From Scenedesmus sp. PABB004 (Eukaryota): DNA of 64,000 bases. A program made the translations under genes and the position numbers. Position 1 is the stretch's first letter. The number at the start of each line of letters is the position of its first letter. The notes under the pieces are model-generated. The model had not been told where the DNA came from. It did not search any database and saw only the letters and a list, made by a program, of their open reading frames with translations. Shown here piece after piece: positions 11,606-22,400 of the stretch. The stretch spans positions 1,550,001 through 1,614,000 of the forward strand of contig JABVCE010000005.1 in NCBI GenBank assembly GCA_014905635.1, in the 5' to 3' direction.

Positions 11606-13602
11606 TCACGCCGAGGCGGCCATGTGGCGGCCGGGGGTGATGACGATGTCGCCAAACGCCTGCGCCTGGGCGGCGACGATGTAGCCCGCGGAGCTCGTCA
11701 CTGCGCGGCGGCGGGGGCGCGGGGCTGCAGCTCGGGGGCGCGCGCGCGGGCGGCCACTGCGGCGACGGCGGGGCCGGCGAGGCGGGCGCGGCGATGGGCC
11801 GGCGCGGCGCGCGCCCGCCGCCGCCGCGGCGCACCGCATACTTGGTAGAAGAGCTTGGCCGCCTCGCTGCGGCGCAGCCGGCCCTCCTTGACCAGGCCAA
11901 ACAGGCTCAGGCTGGGCGCGGCGGCGCCGTCGACGGCGCCGCCGCCAGCGCCGGCGTCGGCGCGCTGCTGCAGGCGCTCGCGGAAGATGCTGCGTGGCGC
12001 CGGCGAGGGCAGGGACAAGGCGCGGGGAGCTGGATTGAGCAAGCCGCCAGCCGCGCACAGCGCGCGCACGCGCAGCCGCCGCGGCCGGCGCCGGCGCGGC
12101 GCCGGCGCCGCACCTGAGCACGACGCGGCTCGCGTGCGTGACGGGCGCGCCGGCGCCGGCGCCGCCCGCCGCCTGCGTGGCGTCGTGGCCCTCCGTCTCC
12201 TCGAGCAGCGGGAACTGGCTGGACGTGCCCGCCTGGCTGGCGCTGCCGCGGCGGGCGCTGCGGCCGCTGCGGCCGGCCGCGGCGCTGCTGGGGCTGGTCG
12301 CGTCGCCGCCGCCGTCGTCGCGCTGCTCGTCGGGCAGCGGCACGTCTGGCAGCAGGTCCTCGAGGCTGCCGGCGCCAAAGAACATGCCCGGCTGGCCCGC
12401 CTGCGGGCGGCGGCGGGCGCGGCGCGGTCGGTGCGCGGCTGGCCGGCCTCAGACTCTGAGCAGGCCTCAAAGGGGCCTTCCCGCCCCCCGTCTCCGCCCT
12501 CCCGCACGCGCCCCCGCACCGCGCCGTCGCCCAGGTCGCCCGACGCGAGGCGCAGCGCGCGCCGCAGCCCGCCGCGGCCGCCCGAGTCAATGTCGGGGCC
12601 CTCGTAGGGCCCACGGCCCGCCGCCATGCTGCTGCCGCTCGTGTCCGAGTCGGCGCGCCGCGGCCGGCCGCCGCGGGGGCTGGTCATGTGGAGGCTGCCG
12701 CTCGCGGGGCTGCCGCCGGGGCCGCCCGCGCGCAGGCGCTCCAGCTCCATGTCTGGCGGCGGCGCGGCGCGCGGCGCGCGGGCGTGAGCCGAGCGCCCGC
12801 GCGTGCGCGCGCGGTGCTGGCGGCCCTTCCCCGCCCCCCGCGTGGCGCACCTGCGCCAAAAGGCAGGTCCATGACCAGGTCGTGCGCCTCGTCGTTGCTC
12901 AGCAGCGGCGTCGCCGCGCCGGGGCTGCGCAGCGCGGCGAAGCGCTCCGCCTCGGGCCCCTCCTCCTCCTGGTCGCCCGGCAGCGGCTCGCCGGCGCCGC
13001 GGCGCAGCGCGAGCGGCGCGCGGTGCACAGAGTCGTGCATGCCGCCCGGAAGCGCGCCGCCTGCGGTTGTTGGCGAGTGGCGGCGGCGGCGGCGGTGGGC
13101 TCGCGGTGGCGGAGCACCGGGGTCCGGGCAGGCGCCTGGCCGTCGCCGCCCCGCTGCGGCCGCACCGGTGCTGTTGTTGACCTCGGGGCTGGAGGGCTCC
13201 GCCGCGGCGCCCTTGGCCTTGCCGCCGGCGGCGGCCGCGGGCGCGGCGAAGAGCTCCGCCAGGCGCGGGTGCAGGGCGAAGCCGCCGAGCGCCGGCGGCG
13301 CCCCCGCGCCGCGCGGCGCCGCGAGCACGAGGCCCGGCCCCGCGGCACGGCCGAGCGCCGCGAGCGCGCGCGGCAGGGGCGCGTGCGGGTCGGCGAGCGC
13401 GGCCGCGACGGACGCCGCGAGGGCGCGCCGCGCGGCGGGCCCGCCGACGGGGCCGCCGCTCAGGTCGGTGCGGAGGAGGTGGCTGTGGTCGGTCACCCAC
13501 TCGCGGTACGTCTTGCTCCTGGCGCCGCGGCGGACGGCGGGCGGGGGCGAGCAGTGGGCGCGGGAGAGGGCCGCGCGCGACGGCGGCGACGTGCGCGACA
13601 GG

Positions 13603-13665
<63 letters not shown>

Positions 13666-15614
13666 GGCGTCTGCGCTGCCAGCCCGCGGGCCGCACTTGA
13701 TCTGCAGGTTGTCCAGCTCGTCCACGACCATCGCCGCCTTGCGCTTGCGCGACTTGCGCGCTACCGGCGGACGCAGCAGCGGCAGCGGCAGGGCCGGGGC
13801 GCGTGAGGTGAGGCGGCGCGCGGCTGCGCGGCGGCGGCGGCAGTGGGCCACGCGCGCGCGCGGGCGCACCCTTCACGCTGGTGCCTGCCTCGCCCGTCTC
13901 CTTGGCCTGGTCGGCGCCGCCCGAGGCCGCCGCGTCGCGCGTGGCCTCCGAGTCGCTGCCGCCGACCGCCGCGCGCCACGCGACGTCCTCGTGCCCGCCC
14001 AGCGGGTGGGGCTGGTCCAGCTCCATGCCCTGCACCTCGTCGCCCTCGTCCAGCGGCGGCAGCAGCGTGGGGTCGTTACCCGGCCGCCCGCCGAGGCTCG
14101 ACGTCGCGGCGGTCGCGCGGCTCGCGCTGGGCGTGGCGGCGGCGGCGCCGCCGCCGCGCGTGAGCGCCGCGGCCAGGCCGTCGTTGTCTGCGAGCAGGTC
14201 GAAGTCCATGCTGGTGTCAAACATCTCCTCCTGCTGCGCCCTGCGCACGCGCGCGCGCGCGCGAGCCGCGGGCAGCCGCGGCGGGTGAGCGGGCAGCCGG
14301 CGGCAGCGGAGGCAGCTGCGCCTGGGCGCGCCGCGCGTGCGCCGCACCATGCGTGCGCGCCGCCGCCGTGCGCGAAGCCGCCGTACATCTCCTCCTGCTC
14401 GCCCAACCCGCCGGGCGGCGCCGCCGTCGCGCCGCCCCACGTGACGCTGCGCGAGCGCGTGCCGCGGCTGCCGCCGCCGCCGCCGCGGGCGTCGCGGTCG
14501 CTGACGTGGCCGGCGGAGCTTGCGGGCAGCGAGGGCATGATGAACAGACCCTCCTCCACCTGCGGCGTCGCGCGACGCGCGCTGGGCTGCCGGCGCCGCG
14601 CGCTGCCAGCCCCGCCGCCCGCGCCCGCCGCCCGCGCCCGCCGCCCGCGCCGGCGCCGCACCTCGTCGCCGCCGCCGCGCGGCGGCCGGCCGAAGCCGGC
14701 GAGGCCCTCCAGCCCGCTGCCGGACGCGCCGCCGAGCAGGGCGGCGAGGTCGTCGTCCTCTGGGAAGGCGTCAAAGCCGAGGCCCGCGCCCGCGCCGCCG
14801 CTGCCGTCGTCGAGCTCCATCAGGGTGATGGCCTCCATCCTTGCAGGACGGGCCCGCGCCGCGCGGCGCGGCGCGGGAGGCGGGTTGGTGCGGCGGCAGG
14901 CGCCGACGCGCGCGCGGCAGCGCGGCGCGGGCGCAATTGCGCCGCTTGCAAGCGGCGCCGAGCGCGGCGCCGCCTTGCGCACTTGGCCTGGTTGCGCTCC
15001 TTGCGCAGCGTGTTCTTGCCCGCGGCGGCCGGCGCGCGCGCGCCGTCGCCGGCCGCCGGCGCGGCGGCCGCCGCGCCCTTGCCCGCGGCCTTGACCTTGC
15101 GCTGTACGCGTGCGCAGGGCGGGCGGGGGGCGCGCGGGCGGGGGTGGGTGTGCGCTCGCCCGGGCGCGCAAGCATACGCCTGGCCGCGCTGCCATGCGCG
15201 CGGGCCTCGCACCATCATGTCCTGCAGGTCCTCTGCAGCAGCGGCGGTGGCGGGCCGTCGGCGTGGCGCGCGCGGGCAGCAGCGGCAGCGGCCGCGGCGG
15301 GCTCAGCGCGCGCCGCCGCTGCCCGAGCGGCCCCGCAGCCTGCAGCCCGCTGCTGCGGCGCACGGCCGCTGAGGCGCTCACCCAGCAGGTAGGCCTGCTG
15401 CTTGTTGTAGACGATCACCAGGCCCCCTGCGGCCACGGGCGGGGGCGCGAGCGAGCGGCGCGCAGCGCGGCGTGAGGCGGCGGGTGCGGGTGCGGCGGCC
15501 GCCGCCCGCGGCGCGAGCCTGCGCGCCCCCGTGCCCCCCACTGCGCACCGATCAGGATGCCCTGCAGGCGCAGCGAGTGGGGCACGCCGGGCTGCAGGAT
15601 CTCCTGGCTGCGCC

Positions 15615-15694
<80 letters not shown>

Positions 15695-16108
15695 CCGTTG
15701 TCGGGCGGCTCGGGCGGCTGCACCGTGCTGCGCGCAGCGGTGCCGGCGACCGCCCTCCCCGCCGCCCTCTCGCGCGGCTCGCGCCCCCGCGCGGCGGGGC
15801 GCACCATATCTGGCGCAGGTCGATGCCGAGGATCTTGCCCTTGCTGAGCTTGCGCCCGTGGGCAAGCGTCCTGCGAGCAGCGGCGCGGCGGCGTCGCGCG
15901 GCGCGCGGCCGCCGTGGCGCGGGCGCAGCCCGCCGCGGCCCGGGCGCGGGCCCTGCGCTGCCGGCGGGCCCGGGCCGCAGCTAGGGCGGCACGGCGGCCG
16001 CGCAGCGGGCCGCTGCGCGCGCGGGGAGGCCGCACGCCACCAGCGGCCCGCCCACCAGATGGCGCCCAGGGGCGTCTTCCGCCCCAGCAGGTCGTGAGAG
16101 TAGAACAT
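11606..16108 (-). CDS. REC8: Rad21/Rec8 kleisin, REC8/SYN1-type, multi-exon
   Basis: N-terminal MFYSHDLLGRKTPLGAIW..EILQPGVPHSLRLQGILIGGLVIVY. C-terminal winged helix RSEAAKLFYQVC..QAQAFGDIVITPG. Both resemble plant SYN1/REC8 from memory. Confidence 0.85.
13604..13663. repeat. (GCCCGC)n hexamer run in a REC8 intron
   Basis: About 10 tandem copies. Confidence 0.85.
15616..15693. repeat. (GGC)n microsatellite; similar tracts at 18003-18059 and 45778-45837
   Basis: Long pure trinucleotide runs. Confidence 0.9.
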
Positions 16109-16502
16109 CGCGCCGGGACGGCGCGGCCGCGCCCAGGCTCGGGCGGGCGCGCAGGCGCGGGGCGACGCAGGCGCGCGTGCGAGCGCGCGGGCGCGAACGC
16201 GGCCGGCCCGGGAGCTGGCGCGCCGCGGTGCGCCTGGGACGTCGATGAACGAGCGAGAGCTGAGAGGTGGAGCGGCGGGGCGGGGAGTTCGCGCGGGCTG
16301 CTGCGGGCGCTCGGGACGACGAGGTCGCGAGGCAGGCCGCTCGCGGTCCGGGGGAAGCGAGGAGGTCCGCGAGTCTGCGAGTCTGCGAGCGGCGGGACGA
16401 CGCGGCTTCAGGCTGAGCTGCGGCGCGTCCGCGGTTCAACGGCCGGCCGGTCGCCGCGCGTGCGTCGTGCGCGGCCGCCCGGCCGCGCCCGCGCACATCC
16501 AC

Positions 16503-17100
16503 AGGGCGTCGGGCGTGGCTTGGGCGCCCGCTTGAAGAAGGCGTCGATCTTGGTCATCGCCCGGCCGCCGCGCGCCGGGCCCGGGCCTGCGCGCGCGATC
16601 GGGGGCTCGCAAAGCTGCTGCCGGCCTGCTCCAACTCCTGCGCGCGTGGCCCGGCTGTGTGCCGCCGCGTCCCAGCGCCGCGCGGCGGAGGGTCAGCGAC
16701 TGGCCGCGCGGGCGCAGGCCTCCGGCCGGCGGCGGCGGGCGCGCGGCGTTTACGCGTTCAAAACCGCGGCGACCGCGTGGCGCCGCGCCGCAGGTCACGG
16801 CCGCCGCCCCACCGCACGCGTGCGCGCGGCCCCCAGCTTCGCGGCGGCCTGCGTGCGTAGCCCCAAGCCGCAGTCAGCGCGGCCCCGGCGTCGCGGGCGC
16901 GCGCGCACGCTGGGCACACCGGGGCCGAGCGCAGCGCGCTGCGTGCCCCGGCGGCGCGGGGGCGGGGGGCGGGCGGCGCCGAGGTTGGCGCGGTCAGCGC
17001 GACAGCCGCACGCCGCAGCGCCGCTCCAGCTCGCGCTCGTCGTCGCAGTCGTAGCCCATGGCAAACGCGCCAGGCGGGCCGGGCGGGCGGCGCAGGGTTT
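16503..17100 (-). pseudogene. Decayed inverted duplicate of 18935-19548 (F-box last exon, intergenic DNA and CAF-1 5' end)
   Basis: The reverse complement contains ATGACCAAGATCGACGCCTTCTTCAAG and AMGYDCDDERELERRCG coding sequence, with small deletions and loss of the splice acceptor. Confidence 0.9.
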
Positions 17101-17402
17101 GGGGTTGCACCCCGCGTGCCGCCGCACGGCCCACCGGATGACAGCCGCCGCGCGGTCGGCGGCGGGGCTATTCGGTTGCTCTGCCTGCCCGGCACGAACG
17201 TGGACACGGCGCCGCCGACTCTCGCGCCGCCGCCGCCACCGCGGCCGACGCTCGGCAGCAGCAGCAGCGGCGAGCGGCCTCGCCACCGCACGCCAGGGTG
17301 CGCTGAGCACGCCAGCCGCTCAGGCGTGCGGCATAGCTTGGACTGAGCGTGCGGCTTGCGCGTGCCGCGCTCGTGCGGGCGCGGGAGGGCGCCGCAGCAC
17401 CC

Positions 17403-17995
17403 ATGGCCGCCGACGCCGACCTGGAGGGGCTGCTAGACGAGGCGCTGGGCCTTGCGCCTGCGCCTGCGCCGGCGCGTGAGCAGCCTCAGGCGCCGGCAGC
17501 AGCGGCGACGGCGGCAGCAGCAGCAGCGGCGGCGCCGGCGCTGCCGGCGTCGCTGCCGTCGCCCGGCGTCAGCCCGGGCCCCTCGCCGCTGGCGTCGCCG
17601 GCGCACTGGGCGCCGTACAGCCCGGCGAGCTCGGCGTCGGCGCAGATGCACGCGCATTGGAGCCCAGCGGTGGAGCCCCGAGCCCAGTGGAGCCCCGTGC
17701 GCGAGCGCCGCAGCCCGTCGCCGCGCGGGCCGGCGGCGGCGCCGTTGGCGGGCCTGCCGCGCGAGGTGCTCATGCGCGTGCTCTGCTTCCTCTCGGCCGA
17801 CGCGCTCACGGCGCTCGCGCAGACGTGCAGCGCGCAGCGCGCGCTCTGCGGGGAGGCCGTGCTCTGGCGCCGCCTCTTCGTCGCGCGCTGGGGCCGGCAG
17901 CCCGCGGCGCGCGCGGCCGGCGGCGAGCCGGGCGCGCCGCTCGGCTGGCGGGCGCGCTACATTGAGCGCGACGCGGCGGAGCTGCGCGCCGCGCG

Positions 17996-18061
<66 letters not shown>

Positions 18062-19053
18062 CGCCATGGCGGCCATCTTTGTGCAGGCCCACGTCGCGCG
18101 CCGGCAGCAGTCGCTCGGGCGCAGCGCGGTGGATGACCTCATGCTCGTGGCGGACGACGAGCTGCACGCCAAAGTCGCGGCGTGGCGCAGGGCGCGCGGC
18201 TTTGACGGCCGCGCGGGCGGGCCCGGCGGCGCGCAGCCAGCGCGCCCGGCCGACCTGGCTGCGCCGCAGCCGCGCCGCGGCGGCGCGGCGCAGCCGCACC
18301 GCGGCGCCGACATGACGCACGGCGCGGCGGGCTTCCCCCGGCGCGCCGTGGCCGTGCGCCGGCGGGGCGGCGCGAGCGGCACCAGCGGCACCAGCGGCAC
18401 CAGCGGCACCAGCGGCAGCGCGGCCGCTGGCCCCGGCTGCCCGGTCGCCGATGGCGCCAGCAGCGGCGGCAGCAGCGCCGCCGCGTGCGCCGCGGGCGGC
18501 GCCGCAGGCAGCAGCGCGGGCGGCGGCGGCGGCGCCGCGCCGCCCAGCAGCGCGCGGCAGCAGCAGCAGCAGCGGCGGCGGCGGTGGACGCAGTTCGGGC
18601 ACGTCTTTTGCGACGAGGAGACCGGCTGGGTGCACGTGTGCGACGAGACGTGCGCCGAGAAGATCGTCGAGCCGGTCTCGGGACTGCTCGTCTGCCCCAT
18701 CAGCGGGCAGACGCTGGACCGCATGATGACGTGCGCGGAGGAGGACGCCGAGGGCCGCGGCGGCGGCGACCCCGACGAGGGCAAGGGCGGCGAGGAGGAG
18801 TGGGGCGGCGAGCGCGGTGCGCGGCACGCGGCGCGGGCGCAGGCACGGGCGCGGCCTCGCCGGCAACGGGCCGCCGTCGCGGCTCGCACAGCAGCCGCTG
18901 TGCGAGGCGCCGTGGCGGCCTCCGGCGCACGCCTAACCCCGCGCCGCTGCCGGCCCGCGCGCAGGCCGCCTGGCGCGCGCGTTTGCCATGGGCTACGACT
19001 GCGACGACGAGCGCGAGCTGGAGCGGCGCTGCGGCGTGCGGCTGTCGCGCTGA
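17403..19053 (+). CDS. F-box protein, SKIP31-like (C-terminal Cys/His UL92-like domain)
   Basis: F-box LPREVLMRVLCFLS..LAQTC..LWRRLF. HVCDETC..LVCPISG. A GC-AG intron at 18808-18964 leads to GRLARAFAMGYDCDDERELE. Confidence 0.85.
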
Positions 19054-19487
19054 CCGCGCCGACCGCGGCGCCACCCATCCCCCGACCCCGCGCCGCCGGG
19101 GCACCCAGCGCGCTGCGCTCGGCCCCGGCGTGCCCAGCGTGCGCGCGCCCGCGACGCCGGGGGCCGCGCTGACTGCGGCTTGGGGCCACGCACGCAGGCC
19201 GCCGCGAAGCTGGGGGCTGCGCGCACGCGTGCGGTGGGGCGGCGGCGGCGGCCTGTGGCGCGGCGCCACGCGGTCGCCGCGGTTTGAACGCGTAAACGCC
19301 GCGCGCCCGCCGCCGCCGGCCCGAGGCCCGCGCCCGCGCGGCCAGTCGCTGACCCTCCGCCGCGCGGCGCTGGGACGCGGCGGCACACAGCCGGGCCACG
19401 CGCGCAGGAGTTGGAGCAGGCCGGCAGCAGCTCTGCGAGCCCCCGATCGCGCGCGCAGGCCCGGGCCCGGCGCGCGGCGGCCGGGCG

Positions 19488-22400
19488 ATGACCAAGATCG
19501 ACGCCTTCTTCAAGCGGGCGCCCAAGCCGGCCACGCCCGACGCGCTGCGGGCCCAGGATGCGGGCGCCCGGGCGCCGAACGCGGCCAAGCGCCCGCTGGA
19601 GCGCGGCGACGACGGCAGCGACACCCTCCAGCGGCGCCTGAGGGCCGACCAAGCCGGCGCGCAGGCGGGCCAGGCGGGCTGCACCGCAGCAGCGCAGGTG
19701 CGGGCCCCTGCGGGGCCGCCCGCCCCCGTCACGCGCGGGCGGGCGCGCGTGGCAATGCGCCGCAGCGAGGGCACCGCCTCGGCCGGCCTGCGGCGGCGCG
19801 CGGCGGCACGGCGCGAGCAAACGCCGCCGCTGCTGCGCGTGCTGCCGCTGCCCTCGCCCGCAGGCGGAGCCGGGCGGCGCCGCGCCGCCAGCGCCGGAGA
19901 CCGTGGACCTCAGCGCGGACTCGCCGCCGCGCGCAGCTGCTGCAGCAGCAGCAGCAGCTGAAGCGGCGCCGGCGCCGGCGGGGGACGTCCCCGCTGTGGG
20001 GCAGCGCGAGGCCACGCCCGACGCGATGGACGTGGACGCGGCGCCAGTGGCGACGCCCGCGCACGCAGCGGCCGGCGCGGCGGCGGCCACGCCCGCGACC
20101 GCGCCCGGGGCCGTCAGCGGCGAGTTCGCCACGCCCGCGGCCAGCCTGCTGCCGCCGCCCGACGTCGCGCCGGGCAGCACGGCGGCCGGCGGCGGCCCCG
20201 CGACGGCGTCCGGCGCCAAGGCGCCCGGCCCGGACGCGTTGCTCACGCCGCAGCAGCGCCAGCAGCTGCTGGAGGCGTGCGAGCGGGAGCTGCCCGTGCT
20301 CGAGGCGGCGCTGGACGAGCGCCCCGACCTGGCCGCGCAGCTCGCGGCGGGCGGCGAGGCCGGCGGCAAGAAGGCGCCGGCGCTGGACCTGAAGCACCAG
20401 GTCTCGCTGCGGGTGGAGGGCCAGGGGCTGCCGCTCACGCAGCTCGCGGCGCACGTAAGCGCGCTGCTCAGCGGCGGCGGCAGCGGCGAGCCGGGCGGCG
20501 GCGAGGCCGGCGGCGAGGCCGCCGCGGACGCCGGCGTGAGCGCGCTGGTGGTGCGCAACATCATCCAAGACGTCGCCGCGCGCAAGAGCTACGGCCTGCA
20601 GGACGGTGAGCGCAGCGGCGCGGCGCCGCGGGCGCGCGCGCGGCCGGCGGCCGTGCAGCCGCGCCGCGCCGCGGCCGTGCGACGCCCGCGCACCGCGCGC
20701 GTGCGCAGGCGCGCTGGCTGACGTGGACGCGCTGGAGGACGCGAGCCCCGCGTTCCACTGGCGCTGGGAGCTGCGCACGCTCTTGGCCCTGCCCAAGCGC
20801 GTCCGGGCCGCCGCGGACGCCGCGCGCAAGCAGAACAAGCAGGTCCTGGAGCGGCTGCGCGCAGCGGCCGCATTTGTGGCGCTCGCGCGCGACTTCACCA
20901 AGCCCACAAAGGCGGCCGAGACCAAGCTCGCAAAGGCGGCCGCCCGGCTGGCCAAGTGCGCGCCGCTCGAGGCGCTGCAGGGCGCGGCGGGCGCGGCCGC
21001 GGCGGCGGCCGCGGCGGCGCACGCGCAGGCGGCGTCGGCGGTCAAGGTGCGCGGCTGCAGGCGCTGGAGGAGCCGCGGCGGCTGCGCGGCGGGAGCAGCG
21101 CGCGGGGCCTCGCGCGGCGCCCCACGCGCTGTGTGCGCGCGTTGCCGCCGCCCGCGCGGCCGCAGGCCAAGGTGGCCGCGAGCCACGCTGGCAAGGAGGC
21201 GGAGCGCGCGGCCAAGCAGGCGGAGCGCGAGGCCGACAAGGCGGCCAAGGCGGACGAGAAGGCGCGGGCCAAGGCAGAGGAGGACAAGGTGGGCCGCCCG
21301 GGAGCGCCCGGGGGGTTGCCTCGGTGCCAGCGCTCGCGGCGGCGCCCCGCTCACCGCGCCCCCGTCCGCCGCGCAGCGGCGCGAGGAGGCGCGCGCGGCC
21401 AAGGCGGCCGAGGCGGCCAAGCGCAAGCTGGACGTGAGCGCGGCCAAGAAGGGCTTCCACAGCGCCGGCGAGATGCAGCGCGCGCAGCACGGCCTCATGG
21501 TGCGGCGGCGCAGGCCGCGGGCAGGCCGCGCGGCGAGGCGATGCGCGGGCGCCTCGTGACGCACGGCGCCGCCGCCCGACGCCGCACGTGTGGCGCGCGC
21601 GCAGAGCTTCCTGGGCCGCGCGCCCAACCGCGCGCCCACGCCGGCCGGCGCGAGCGGCGACACGAGCCAGGGCGCGGGCAGCCAGCACACCGGCGGCGGC
21701 GCCGCCAAGGCGCGCAGCGCATCGGGCAGCGCGCAGGCGGGCGACGGCGGCGCGGGGGCGCGCCCCGCGGCGGAGCCGTCGCAGCAGCAGGCGGCGCTGA
21801 TGCAGCAGCTGGACCGGGAGGTGCCCTGCCTCTGCGCGGCGCACGGCGCGGACGGCGGCAGCGGCGCCGACGGCGGCAGCAGCGCGCCCGCGGCGCTGCC
21901 AGCGCCGCCGCTGCCGCAGCTGCTGGGCGAGCTCGTCGCGCGCTGCAAGAGCGTGCGGCGGAGGGGCCAGCCCGCGGCACGCGGTGAGCCGGCGGCGGCC
22001 CGCCCCGCGCCCCGCCCGCCGCGACCACGCCCGTCGCTGCACTCACCTTCGCCGCCGTGCGCCGCGCTCCCGCGCGCCGCGCCGCCCCCGCGCAGGCCTG
22101 CCGCCGAGCTGGGCGCGCCGCCCCGGCGCCGGCTGCGCGCCCGAGGCGATCGCGGCGCGCGCGGCCGCGCTGTACGGCGAGGGCGTCGACCTGGGTACCC
22201 TGCGCGCGTGGCGGCGCAAGCTCATCCGCCACCACGACAGCGTCCGCCCCGCCTACTACGGCAGCGCGTCGCGCCGCAGCAGGCGCGCGCACGCGCGCGC
22301 CTGCGCGCGCTGCGCCCTGCTGCACGCACGCCGCGCGCCGGCGCCGACGCCAGCGCGCACGGCCGCGCCCGTCGCGCGGCGCGCAGGTGGGTGCGCGCGC

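Noticed and set aside
18590..18730. Herpesvirus UL92-like domain as horizontal transfer
   Set aside because: The F-box plus UL92-like architecture is already known in green-plant SKIP31-type proteins.
16503..19548. Inverted arms as DNA-transposon TIRs (also 49513-54476)
   Set aside because: The arms are host exon and intergenic sequence, with no transposase and no TSD seen.
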